From positions 42,162,001 through 42,226,000 of the forward strand of contig CM097885.1 of the NCBI GenBank assembly GCA_044892525.1: DNA of 64,000 bases. Direction: 5' to 3'. The notes below the pieces were generated by a model that saw only the letters and a list, made by a program, of their open reading frames with translations, made no database searches and had not been told where the DNA came from. Positions 36,581-48,681 of this stretch are shown here, one piece after another (within the stretch, counting starts at the first letter, position 1; each line of letters starts with the position of its first letter). The stretch is from Schmidtea polychroa. Its lineage: Eukaryota. The position numbers were made by a program, and so were the translations under genes.

Positions 36581-38203
36581 AGGATTATGACGAAATATAT
36601 TTAAAATCTTGAAATAATATATTTAAAATCTTGAAATAATATATTTAAAATCTTGAAACAATATATCTAAAAACTTATATTGAAATTTTAAAAACCTACA
36701 TCGATATATTTTAAGACTGGAATTTATGCATTCAAAACTAAATCCCTCAACCATGTCCAACAGCACTGAACAAACCTCCGAAGAGCGCCAAGATGTCAGG
36801 GTTTGAAAAAGGCGGCAAACTGTTACGCTCGAAATCATAAAACGAGTCCGAAAATCGGTTGAAAAAAATACCGATACAAAAACAATCGCCTCCGAGCAAG
36901 AGATTAGTCTGCAGACCACATATAACCTGGTCGGAAAACTATGCGACGGCGCAACGGACGAAGAAATCTGCGGTCCGAAGAAAGGAAGGAAAATGGCAGA
37001 TTTGTCCGTCGTGAAATCCAAAATAAGCCAAATTTTACAAAGAGACGCCTCATTTACCCAGCCCGAACTATCCGAAGAGTTGCAACACTCCGGAATAACT
37101 AGGTGCTCGAGTGCTGTTTCTAAAATACTTAAAAAGATGGAATATACCAGGAACGAAACACCCCTAAAAATATCGATCTAAGGCAAAGATACGCCCGTGA
37201 AACAAATTTTATCTCGAATGATCATTTGGTTTTTTTGGATGAAACCGGACTGAATTTGCATCAAACCAGGAACTACGGTTACTCGCCCAAAAATTCAAAA
37301 GCCTACAAAATCGTTAAAGGCAATCGTGGTACTAATATCAGTTGTATGGTGGCAATTAAGAAATCTGGAATAGTTTCTTATGAAATCAAAGATGGTGCTT
37401 TTAACGGAGAAAGTTTTTGTGGTTTTATCGAGGAAAAGTTGTTGAGCCATTTTAGATCTAATCCGAATGACGTATTGATAATGGATAACTGTAGGTTTCA
37501 CCATTCCAGAACTGTTATTAGTCTGTTGGAGTCTAATAATATTAATTTTCGATTTTTACCCCCTTACTCCCCCCAGTTAAATCCGATTGAAGAGTACTTT
37601 AGCCATTTTAAATCGGTGCTATTTGCCATTCATCCTTCGGCTGCAAATCGAGATGAATTGAAAACCAGAATACGGACTACACTGGATAATGAAGGAATCG
37701 ATTTTGGTGGTTGGTTTGCTAACATGAGGAAATATATTGAAAAAGCTCTTGCTAGACAAGAGTTTATTTGAATAAATCGATATTTCGTTATTTGTGATTT
37801 CTTTGTTATATATGAATTAGCTTAAAAAGAATGGACTGCACATTAAAGCTTCTTGGATTGAATCTAATATTTATTGTTTGGAAGTTTTTAAAATATCGAT
37901 GTAAGTTTTTAAATTTCAATATAAGTTTTTAGATATATTGTTTCAAGATTTTAAATATATTATTTCAAGATTTTAAATATATTATTTCAAGATTTTAAAT
38001 ATATTGTTTCAAGTTTTTACATATATTGTTTCAAGATTTTAAATATATTATTTCAAGATTTTAAATATATTGTTTCAAGTTTTTACATATATTGTTTCAA
38101 GATTTTAAATATATTATTTCAAGATTTTAAATATATTGTTTCAAGTTTTTACATATATTGTTTCAAGATTTTAAATATATTATTTCAAGATTTTAAATAT
38201 ATT
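36580..38203 (+). mobile_element. Tc1/IS630-like DD34E transposon with repeat-array TIRs; transposase pseudogene 36753-37771
   Basis: FLDETG, IMDN, FLPPYSPQLNPIE with 34 residues between D and E. ATG at 36753, TGA at 36804, frameshift at ~37150. Inverted arrays of the ~21-22 bp unit ATATATTTAAAATCTTGAAATA. Left end TA|CAGG. Confidence 0.9.
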
Positions 38204-38204
38204 A

Positions 38205-38525
38205 AATATATTATTATTATTACTATTATTATTATTATTATTATTGTTATTATCCTTATTATTGTGATCATTAGGAATTATTAGCAGTATTATTATTATC
38301 ATTATTATTCAAAAAAAAATCATATAATAATTATATATAATAATTAAATATAATAATTATTATTATTATTGTTATTATTATTATTATTATTGTTATTATT
38401 ATTATTATTATTATTGTTATTATTGTTATTATCGTTATTATTGTTATCGGTAGGAATTATTATTATTATCGGTAGTATTATTATCGTCATTATTATTGTT
38501 ATTAGTATTAACAGTATTATTTATA
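38205..38525. repeat. Degenerate (ATT)n microsatellite
   Basis: Directly visible. Confidence 0.9.
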
Positions 38526-38754
38526 TTAAGTAGTGTGAGGATGATGGGGGGAGTCGAATAAGGAAATTTCAAAATAAAATATCTCAGATTTAAAATCATT
38601 GGCAAAGGCAATAGCTAAAATAGGTAGATAGCAATCCATTTTTATTATTGTTATTATTATGATTATTATTATTATTGTTATTACTGTATGGTAAATTAGA
38701 CTTATTATATACATGCAGATTCGAGGTCGAATCTAAAATTAAAGGGGGGAGATA

Positions 38755-39583
38755 TGTTGGGGTTCAACAAGAGAGGCACAAAAATGAGGTGAAAACTGAC
38801 AAAAACACCAAATTCAAAATAAAAATTTAAAGTACAAAATATTAATTAAAAATCAAAAATTTTAAAAAATGAATATTTTCTGGGGGAAACTGGTATGGGC
38901 GGATGCTAAATAATGAGACGAGTTCAGCTAAAATAAAATCAATGGGGGTCCCTAAAAGGAATAAATTACAAAAAACAAAAATTAATTAAAAATTAATTAA
39001 CTAATGGAAAACCCGAGCTAATGGGAAACCCGATACAATGGAAAACCTGAGCGAATTGAGAAATCCAATTGCGGGAAGGCAATTAATTTAGCCGGATAAA
39101 AAGTAAAAAGCGCCGTTAAAGAAAATGAACAAATTCCCTTCAATTAAATTAGACCTCCAAGAGGAAGCCCGGGGGGAAATAAAACCAAAAATAATTGGCA
39201 AAAATAAAGTCAATTACCAAGCGAGTATAAAAGCAACTGGCAAGAAAACAAAATGCCAGTTGGTCGAAGAAAAGAAAATAGAAGTTTGACGAGAGCGAAA
39301 AAGGAAATATTAAAGTTAGTAGAAATTAAACCATTTAAAAAGATCGAACGTACCAGAAAGGGATATCTCCCGTTGGAAGATCTACCCCTGCTTGAGATTT
39401 GTTGGCAAATTGAAAAGTGCAGACAAAACCTGATTGTATCAAGTGTGAGTAAACTAATACAAGTGTAAAAGTGTAGCTGCATCAGTGTCAATAAAGATTT
39501 TGTGTTGGGTTATTTATTTATTTATTTGGAAAAGAACACAAAGGAGTCAGACCATAGTACCGACTTGCATTAAAAACCCAACA
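38755..39583 (+). mobile_element. Gypsy-type 3' LTR (~0.83 kb), related to the LTR at 10423
   Basis: TGTTGGG...CCCAACA termini, PPT AAAGGGGGGAGA upstream, shared block CTAATGGAAAACCCGAGCTAATGGGAAACCCGA, TATAAAA at ~39226, AATAAA at ~39490. Confidence 0.88.
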
Positions 39584-41859
39584 AAATCAAGTTACATAAG
39601 ATCAATTTTATTGTCATCGACATGTCCAGCTACAACACGCGAAAGAAAAATAAAAATAAATCCAGCTACACACATGCGGGCAAACACACATACACATGCA
39701 CACATACTTCAAATTCACAAAATCATTTTCACAATTTTACGCGTCTGTGTGCGCACACAACCAAAACACTAAGAAAGTAAAAAGCGCACACAGACGCGAG
39801 CATCGAATTAATCAACCTCCCCCTTGACACTTTGGTGTCAATCTCACATCGCCATTAACTTCTTTTGTGATCAAACATAATTTGGATATGCATCTTGAAA
39901 CTTCCTTTCCTTCACGTTTTATCCTCATCACGCGTAGCTTTCCGTCTTCTCCAGGTATCACTTCGATTACTCCCCATTGGCCACTTTCCATACTCAATCT
40001 TTTTGTCTAAAACCCACACTGTTGACCCTGTCTTAACATCATCTTCTATCTTATTCCATTTCGCCCTTTGCTGCCAGCACGGAACCAATTCGTTCATCCA
40101 TCGTCGCCAAAAGTGTTCGGTTAACTCCTGAATTCGTCTCCACCGAAACATCGTACATGACCTTTTCTTCACTTCTATATTTTCCACAGCTTCTCCTTTC
40201 CAATCGGCAATTAATAAATGATTTGGAGTTAGCACAGCGTCTTCCTTACTGTCTACTGCCTGAACCGCATCGGAAAAGACATGTAATTGCCATTCATTTT
40301 TCATTTGAGTCCTTAAACATCTCGCAATTCGAAGATATCCGAGATTTTTTGTATCCTCTACCCACTTGTGTATTTCTTTATTAAACTTTGGGGGTAGCTT
40401 TTCGTCCCAATCAAGCCCTGACAACCACAACTTTTGAATAATCTTTTCCCCTATGATTATGAATGGGCCTAACAGTCCCAATGGATCAAAGATTCTTGCC
40501 ACTATGCTCAATACCTTTCTTTTCGATAAACATTCTTCATTCGGCAGATCTACTTGAAAACTAAATTCATCGTCTTCCGAGTACCATTTCAAACTTAGGG
40601 TCTTTACGGCCATTGTCGTTTCCTTTTCAATATTCAGTGTTTTAGCTAGTTCTTTAATTGGGAATGTCGCCATAATTCTTTCCGATTTGGACAGCCATTT
40701 TCTAGGTCACATTCCGGCACTGTCCCTCTTTCAGCCTCATTCCTTCTTCAGAATCAATAGAGTCCATGGTATCGTCCATATACGTAGACTTGCAAATAGA
40801 TTCTGTCACTTTTGGATAGTCTTTTTCAAATTTCTTTGCATTCTCTTGCGCGACTAGCTGGGCAAGGAATGGAGATGCGTTAAGACCAAACACTAACCAA
40901 TTAAACTCATACCTAATAATTTTCCCCTCAGTTGACCATAAGAACCGATGATATTTCCTGTCTTCAAGAGCCATTCTTATTTGCAGATACATTTCTGCTA
41001 TATCACAAACAACAGCTACGGAAAATCTACGTATTAAAATATCAAAAACTTCATTTTGTAATTTTGGACCAACTTCCACCATATCATTAAGTCCCACTCC
41101 ATTACACCTGGCTGCTGCATCAAACACAATACGCACTTTCGTGGTGTCCTTATCTCTTCTAACCACGGGAAAGTGTGGTAATATCCATTCCGAATCTCTC
41201 TTTTACAATACTTATATAATCTTTTTTCAGGTAACGATTCAAAATATCCTGATACTCAGTTCGTAAGTCTTCCTTTTCAAGTCTCTTGGCTAAACTTCAC
41301 AGTCGACTTTCTGCCATTTTATCACTATTGGGCAAAGATATTGGTGACTCTTTCCATGGCACTTTTACCTCGAGATGTCTGTCTATTTTCTTCATCTCAG
41401 ATTTTGTTATCTCATAAATCGCCTGGTCTTTCGCTGCAAATATATTTTCCTTTAAGCCGTTTTCATCAATCTCCCAAAATCGTTCCATTTGTCTTTGCAA
41501 ATCATCACAATTACCGAAGAACGTTCGTATGAAATTCCTTTGATGATTCCAAGTTCTTCCCACCGAGGTTCTTCCAACACATGTCAAGCCAAGTCGAGTT
41601 AAACGGGCAATCGGTTCATCCAACTTACCATCGATTTCTTTGAGTGCTCGTTGAAGCTTTAAATAATCCGCGCCAATTAACACTTCAACTGCCTGTCTCT
41701 CGTCTAGCATCGAAAAATGGATGCCCTTCAGGTGAGTCCACTTATGTTTTTCTCTTGCCCAATTTACTACCTTCATTTCTCCTGTGATATTTGTTACGGC
41801 CAGTGCGTTGAAGTTTTTCGTCAATCGGCCGTCATTACTAATTAAATTTTCCCTTATTT

Positions 41860-44800
41860 CGATTCATAAAAAATTGAGATTAAAACACGAGTTTTATTCG
41901 GCAACTGTTGAATACTTGATTGCACACTACAGTAAATAAAAAGTTAACAAAGGCACAATACAATATAAATCAAAACAGTTGAAGTCTTCTTGATCCACTC
42001 CCCAGAAGCGACGTATCAGACTACCATCCTCCTTAACACTTCTAGCCAATGCGTTCTCGTAGGAAATGAGAATCAAATCAGATTGTCTCTGATGAAGCAT
42101 AGAGCGCCTTTGTGGTGTTAGAACCCTATTCAGGGTGCTAAAAGAAGACTCACAAACAGCAGTTGATACACCAATTGTTCGAGCCAATCCAATAATCTGG
42201 CGAATGGTTGGCATTGCTTCTGAAACAGGTGAAGTTTGGATGGAACGAGGATCTTCTGCTCGGCCAGTCTCTTGGGAGAAGAATTTCTTAGCAAGTTGTA
42301 ATTCCACATCATCAAGAACCAAACCTACCAAGTCGGCAAGTTGCTGGAGAGCAGCTTTCTCAAGAAAGTTTTTTGATGCAGGGTGAGTGGCTTCCACAGA
42401 TTTTGCAATGTCGCATTGCAACTCCCCAAAACGATTGTTCAGTTCATGTAAAAACCCATTTAAAAGATTCTGATATGTCTGCCATGCTCGTGTGCGTTCC
42501 GTATTTGGGTAAGACTGCATTATGGAATTATCTGTGGAAAGTCGAGAAAGATCATACTCATTGTCTATCAATCGAGAGCTTATCAAGCGCTGTCTTTTAG
42601 AGCGAGGATGGCCAGACTCAACAGAGGCAACAGTCTCCTTCTCTACACAGCACCAATAGACCTCAAAGGTCTCCTCGTTGTTCATTGCTTGAATCATCTC
42701 CTTTGTTGTATTTACACAGTCAGCAGCTTCTAGAAATGTTATTGATTTGGATTGCAGGAGTTTGTTGGGAACATTCAATTTGTTTAATAACACTGGCATA
42801 CATTTTGAAAGAAGGAGGAATTGTGGGTCCGCCAATCTTTTGAGGATTCCTGAGGCAATAACTGCTATCTCTCCAACACCTTTTTCACAATCTTCGAGAA
42901 CTTTGAGAATATCTTGGAGGAACTTTCCCACAGTGACAGCAGCTGAAAGATGACCTTCCCAGCGTTGTTCCAATACACGTTTTAGTGATTCTCCATTATA
43001 CTTGGCTTGGATAATGGGACGACGGAAGAATACATACAGCTGTTGACAGATACTAAAGTACAGCACCACTGTTTCGTTTGAGGAAACAGCATACTGGACC
43101 ACGAGATGCAGCTGATGGTTAAAACAGTGGATATAAGGCACTCTGCGCTGAAGCCGCTGTTGCAGAAGAGATTGGATTCCACCTTTGTGTCCGGAATTGA
43201 CACTGGCTCCGTCATAACACTGAGCCAATATCCTATCAAGACGAATCTTGTTCTTCTGGAGATGATTGATCAATAAGTGTGTCAAACTCTCTGCATCCAG
43301 CTTAGATGTGTCTGCAATACATAACAAACGTTCACGAACTTTTCCCTTGAGATCGACAAATCGTAAAACAATTGAGATATTTTCAATTCCATTTACATCC
43401 TTTGTGCCATCACACATAATAGTGAACCAATTGTCATCCAGTTCTGTTACAATTCTTTCTTTAACTAGATCAGCCAAGGGGTGAATAATTTCATTTTGAA
43501 ATTGGGCTGACGTGTAAGAGGCATTCCGAGGAATGGTACTATATACACTTGCTAAGAAGGGATCCTTCTGCAAAGTGTATTGAAAGAGTTTAACAAATAG
43601 ACCACATGGCTCAGTTGGCTCTGAAGTATCATCAAGCACACTGCCTAACTTTTGAAGCCCTGCCGAATCTTGAGTACCTCGTAGAGGTAATTCATTCGCT
43701 GTTAGGAAGAAAATTATGTCCATCATTGATCGAACATAGTAGCGGTTCCTCTCGCACTGCTCATCATTCACCTTAGTACTAACTTCCTGTCCCATTAGTT
43801 GTCGATGTTGTAAATCTTTCCAGAGTGCCATTGCGGTTCCATGAGCCTTCGACTTTTCATGCTTTACTAAGCCTCGCTTCCAGTTCCGATAGCCTTTGTG
43901 AGTAAAAGCAGCTTCTGATTCCGCCTGGTGTGTCGATATACATCCAAGATGCGAGAACTTGTAACACGGAAAGCAAAATGCCGCATCTCAGATTTTACTA
44001 TATTCCAGCCAATCGTGATTGTTGAACCATGCTGGGTTGAAGCGACGTTCAACTTGACCAAACATTGTTTTAGGGTATGCTGAAGGGAACAATTTTGGCT
44101 GCATAGGCTTATCAACTCCGAGATCTAGAGGTCGTTCTGACTGAGATGACAATGAAACTGGCTGAGATGATGATAGAACTGGTTCAAATGAAGAAGAAAT
44201 TGGTTGTGAGGATCGGTGTCAGATGATGACAGAATTTCATGAGAGGTGTCATCTGCTGAGTTTACAAATGAGTGTCTTTTCTCCAATACTACTTTTAGGT
44301 GTTGTTGGGATATTGGTGACAGCTGTAGTCATCGGGCTTTTTCGCACAAGTGGATAACTTTGTGACGAAGAATTTTCGTATGTCCATAATTGATACCTAA
44401 ACAGAGAAAATAATATAACTATGAAGGAAAAAATAGTTGTTTTTTTAAATGATTTCAATGATGTTTGATGAATTCAGATATATTAATAATTAAATGATAT
44501 GAAATAAAAAGAATCACAGCTGCTGAGCAGCATGATAGTCTGAAATGGACATACCTTAGGATTGACGCCAGGAGTTAAATAAGTGACGGCGAATTTAAAT
44601 AAGTGGAAGTTTACGTCGGCGAATTTAAACAATGATCATAGTTACAATAAGTATTTTATTCAGATAATTATTCAATTTAATTAATACTTATATTTAATTA
44701 TAAATTACGTAATTTAATTAATTATATTTAATTATTAAATACTGAATTTAATGCAATATATTTAATTATTAAGTAATAGTAACATATTTTATAATTAAAT

Positions 44801-45039
44801 ATAAGGAATTAATTTACGTATTTTATAATTAAATATAATGAATTAAATTATGTCATTTATATTTAAATATAAATATCACTTGTACGAATTGTATGATTAA
44901 ATATAATTATAAATTATATACATATTTTCCATTGCTGAATTGAAGTTATTTTCGTATTTTGGTGAAAATAACGGGGGGCAAAGTCAGTCAACGGGGTGGC
45001 ACTGCCCACCCATGCCCCCCCCCCGTGGCTACGGCACTG
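41860..45039 (-). mobile_element. hAT (ZMYM1/Tip100-like) transposon nested in BEL gag; transposase pseudogene ~41927-44387
   Basis: Terminus CAGTGCCGTAGCC at 45039, start MDIRKFF (44387), TTF-type finger WLEYS..*DAAFCFPC (TGA 43988-43990), DGTKD, QCYDGA, HCFNH, RW, CESSFS. The other end was not found, so the left boundary is approximate. Confidence 0.9.
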
Positions 45040-45816
45040 CGAATATCCTAGATTTTCAATTAACTTTAATGGCTCTCCGTGAAGGTACTTGTGCAGGTGA
45101 AACATCTTTTCAACTTCATCACCTTCCGCTTCGTCAACACACGCAGTAAAAGCTGCTTTCCATGGTTCGTACTCTTTCATCTTGCCTTCAAAGACAAGTA
45201 TTGTAATTTTCTGTAGAGTTTCCAGTTTTCTTCTATGCATTGAAGTATTTTTCTTGATTGTATCATCATTCACATTTTCCTTCTTTTCCATAAAAGATTG
45301 ATTTGCTTTTCTTTCCATCAGTCCCCCAATTATTTGATGTTTTTCCTCGATCTCTTGCAGGTCTTTATCTAAGATTGCAGTGATGTCCAATCTTTGCAAT
45401 TTTTTACTGATCGTTCTTAGATCCCTTAATTCTTCATCTAGACTCTCCTTTTGATCTTCATATTCCTCCAACCATTCGCTAACTTCCTTCCCCTTTATAT
45501 CACTGAGAATCTTGTTTCTCAATCTCGTTAATTTTCCTTTTTTCATTCTCTTTTTCCACAATTCTTCTTCTAAAATCTCTTCGTCATTGCCACCGCACAG
45601 CCTGAGTGACAAATGAAGTGTCGAACCTACTTGTTTGCTATAATCGTTCAATATTCTTTTATTTTCTAATTGCCTTCCTGCGTAGACTAACATTTGATAA
45701 TTTACCGGAATTCCTTCTTTGTTATGAATTTTTCCTTTTACCTTTTCAATCGTGTCATTCCATTCAACGTCAATAGTAATTGTCTTACCAGCCCTCACCC
45801 TTGACTTAGCTCGCAA
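45040..45816 (-). CDS. gag: Ubiquitin-Gag fusion of the BEL/Pao element (ubiquitin ~45589-45816), truncated by the hAT insertion
   Basis: [28 protein letters not shown]...[12 protein letters not shown] in frame with [10 protein letters not shown] and the BEL Gag motif [20 protein letters not shown]...[14 protein letters not shown]. Confidence 0.88.
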
Positions 45817-46045
45817 AAACGCTGAGCCTTTTATTTTCTTTTTATTTACCCTGTTCCCCTGGCTTCCCCCTTTAAAAGAGTGCTGGGGCCCATAGCAGCA
45901 CTTTCCCACGCTCGATAGGGAAGGGAGGATGGTTAATTTTACAGAAATAAAATTCAAATAAATGAAAATGCATTTAAAATTTAAATCACCCTTGAAGAGC
46001 CAGGGCTGTCTCCACTGAAACATTGGTGCGTAGCCCCCTGAAGGG

Positions 46046-46063
46046 AACCACGCTCTGCTACCA
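46046..46063 (-). promoter_or_regulatory. Primer-binding site complementary to initiator Met tRNA
   Basis: TGGTAGCAGAGCGTGGTT immediately after the 5' LTR ...AAACA. Animal tRNAi-Met ends in CTCTGCTACCA. Confidence 0.85.
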
Positions 46064-47201
46064 TGTTTAAAATCAAGATACATAAGATCAATTTTATTGT
46101 CATCAACATCTCCAGCTACAACACGCGAAAGAAAAATAAAAATAAATCCAGCTACACACATGCGGGCAAACACACATACACATGCACACATACTTCAAAT
46201 TCACAAAATCATTTTCACAATTTTACGCGTCTGTGTGCGCACACAACCAAAACACTAAGAAAGTAAAAAGCGCACACAGACGCGAGCATCGAATTAATCA
46301 ATAGACAGAGTCATAAAATAATAGTCCTGTAATATCTGCTCCTCCATATACACGTTCAACCTATTCTTTCCTGACCCGTTCTGCAGTATTTATCCAAGTT
46401 AAATGTTTGCTCTTACGACTTTGCTTTTTACAACGTTCTTGACTTTCTGTCCAATGATGCATTCCATCTAATCTTATATTTTTAGAAGGAAGAGCAGCTG
46501 TTGGGCCTTATATTTTCCTTTTCTTATATAATTCTTGAAGAGACGATGAGCTCGTGGTTATATCTTAAGATAAGAATCTGGTAAATATGCTACACCTGAC
46601 CATGACTCAAAAATTATTTTTCTGTCGCACATATAACTGCAGAAAAGGTGCATTTGACGTTATGAATTTTTCCATTATTTTTTGTTTGTTATTGTTTATA
46701 TTTTTCTGCCTTAAATGATCCTGTCTTATCTTATTTGAATTTTTGCGTGTTCCCATTGTTATGTTATAGTGTTAGATGGACAAAACAAGATCAGAGTTAG
46801 TTTTGCTCAATAAATACTTTTATTGAACATTTTCAATTTTAATTTATAATTAATTTTCTAGCATTTTTAGGAATGTATGAATTAAATTATGGAGTTATTT
46901 CGATTTAAAGCAAGTTAGATCTATTTTAAACTATAATTTTTTAACAACACAAAAATAATCACCAACATTAAAATAATACAACATTTAGGGAACAAATTAT
47001 TTTAGATTTTTATATTCTTCTTGACAATATCAAATCTGCTTGTAAGTACATTTACAATTGATAATGTTTTTAGCAAACTGAATTTGATTTTGCTGAACAC
47101 CCTTTCTATGGAGTTCAGAAACCGTTGCAAGTGGTCAATAAAATTGTTTTTGAAACAATGCTCTTCCATTAATGGAAGCATTATCATGAATAGGGTTTAA
47201 C

Positions 47202-48681
47202 CGTAGCACGTCAATTGCGCGGACGCCAATTGCGCGGGTCCAACTGCGCGGTAGGCAATTGCGCGGCCGTCAATTAATTATTATTAAATAAATTATTAAA
47301 TGGGCTTACAGTTGCTATGAGGCCTCAATTTAGGCCGTCAGGCCTGCCTAGCCATCGAGCTGCTACTGCCAAGGCGGGTATATAATGCGAGTGTTTTTTC
47401 GCAATTGACGAAATTGTAGTCATGTCTTTAGAGTTTGGTAAAAGCGAGAGGGGCAACAAAACTTTAATTTATAAGAATTTCGAATACGTTAAGGAATGCG
47501 AAAATGTGTGTGGTACTACCGCATGGCGTTGCAGGTTCAACAAGAAGTTCAAATGTAAGGCTCGAGTTGTAACCGATGACAGTAAAGTTGTTTGTGAGAA
47601 ACAACCGGAACACACCTGCTGGTCTGTACTGCCTCATGACGAATAAGACGGCGGAAACCTACGGACGCGTTTTCGCCGAAATTCGAAACCTCGTTCCTTT
47701 GGCTTCTCCAACGACAATTTTGACAATGAGTCTATCGTACCCGTACGCAAGAGTCACAGGTTGCTATTTTCACCTCTGTCAAAGTGTTATTCGTAAGGTC
47801 AACGAGATAGGACTAAAGATTACCTACGAGAGTAACGATGAGGTCCGTGGGTACGTTCGATGTCTTTCCGCACTGGCGTTTGTTCCCCCCGATGATGTGG
47901 TGGAAGCTTTCGAGTTGTTGGTTGAAACAATGCCTGCCGATATCGATCATCTGGAAGAGCTCACGTCTTTCTTTGAGTTAACGTATGTCCGCGGACGTCG
48001 ACGTCGAGGACGGGCCGAAGTGTATGCTGCAGCGATGTTCCCAATATCTATCTGGAATCAGCACGCCGGTGCATGCGAGGGAATTGCAAGAACAACCAAC
48101 TCAGTTGAAGGATGGCATCACGGCCTTCAGACACTGTTCCAGTGTAGCCATCCGACTGTCTGGACGTTCATGGCAGGATTAGAACGGGACATGAATCTAC
48201 AAAAGTCAAAGTACTTGCAAGGGGCAACCGGTTTGGTGCAGCCGTCTCGTAAGACGTATCGTCAACTCAACGATCGCGTTGTAGCAGTTGTAGCAACTTA
48301 TGGTCGTACGGACATTCTGACATATTTACGTGCCATTTCACATCTGTCGCACTGTTAATTAACATTGATATTCATACTTACTAGTATTATTTAAATTGGA
48401 CTTTTATATTGATATTGATATTTGTTTGATTAATTTTGTGATAGTTTATTTAGGTAATATATAACCCACTTGATTTTGCAAAAGTGTGATTTTTGGTTAT
48501 TTGTGACGAAAAATAATGAAATAAATACCATATAAATATAAATAACAAAATTTAAAAATGTAAAATAAAAATGTAATTAACCACCTCATCAGTTTACTAT
48601 CCGCGTAGTTGGACCCGCGCAATTGACGCCCCCGTAATTGACTACCCGCGCAATTGACGTCCGCGCAGATGACATGGTTTC
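47202..48681 (+). mobile_element. Mutator-like element (FLYWCH + MULE transposase, internally deleted)
   Basis: 8-bp flanking duplication GGTTTAAC. TIRs built of CAATTGCGCGG repeats. FLYWCH-like ORF 47422 (YKNFEY...WRC...CKAR...H) joined to the transposase C-terminus (GCYFHLCQ, RTTNSVEGWH) ending at 48358. Confidence 0.9.

Larger units (their letters stand above)
39584..46300 (-). mobile_element. BEL/Pao LTR retrotransposon, internally deleted and interrupted by a hAT
   Basis: Near-identical LTRs 46064-46300 (TG...CA) and 39584-39814. PPT AAGGGGGAGGT. Gag at 45040-45800, RT (KVRIVFDAAA, YMDD), Pao RNase H start (IFDPLGLL, HVFSDA) joined directly to the C-terminal LTPNHLLI/FWRRW domain, so the integrase core is missing. 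Confidence 0.93.

Noticed and set aside
45817..46191. N-terminal ~125 aa of ORF 44914..46191 as a real signal peptide or protein
   Set aside because: It reads through the LTR, PBS and leader from a non-ATG start in (TG)-rich LTR sequence. The C-terminal 41 aa of the ORF likewise come from the hAT end.
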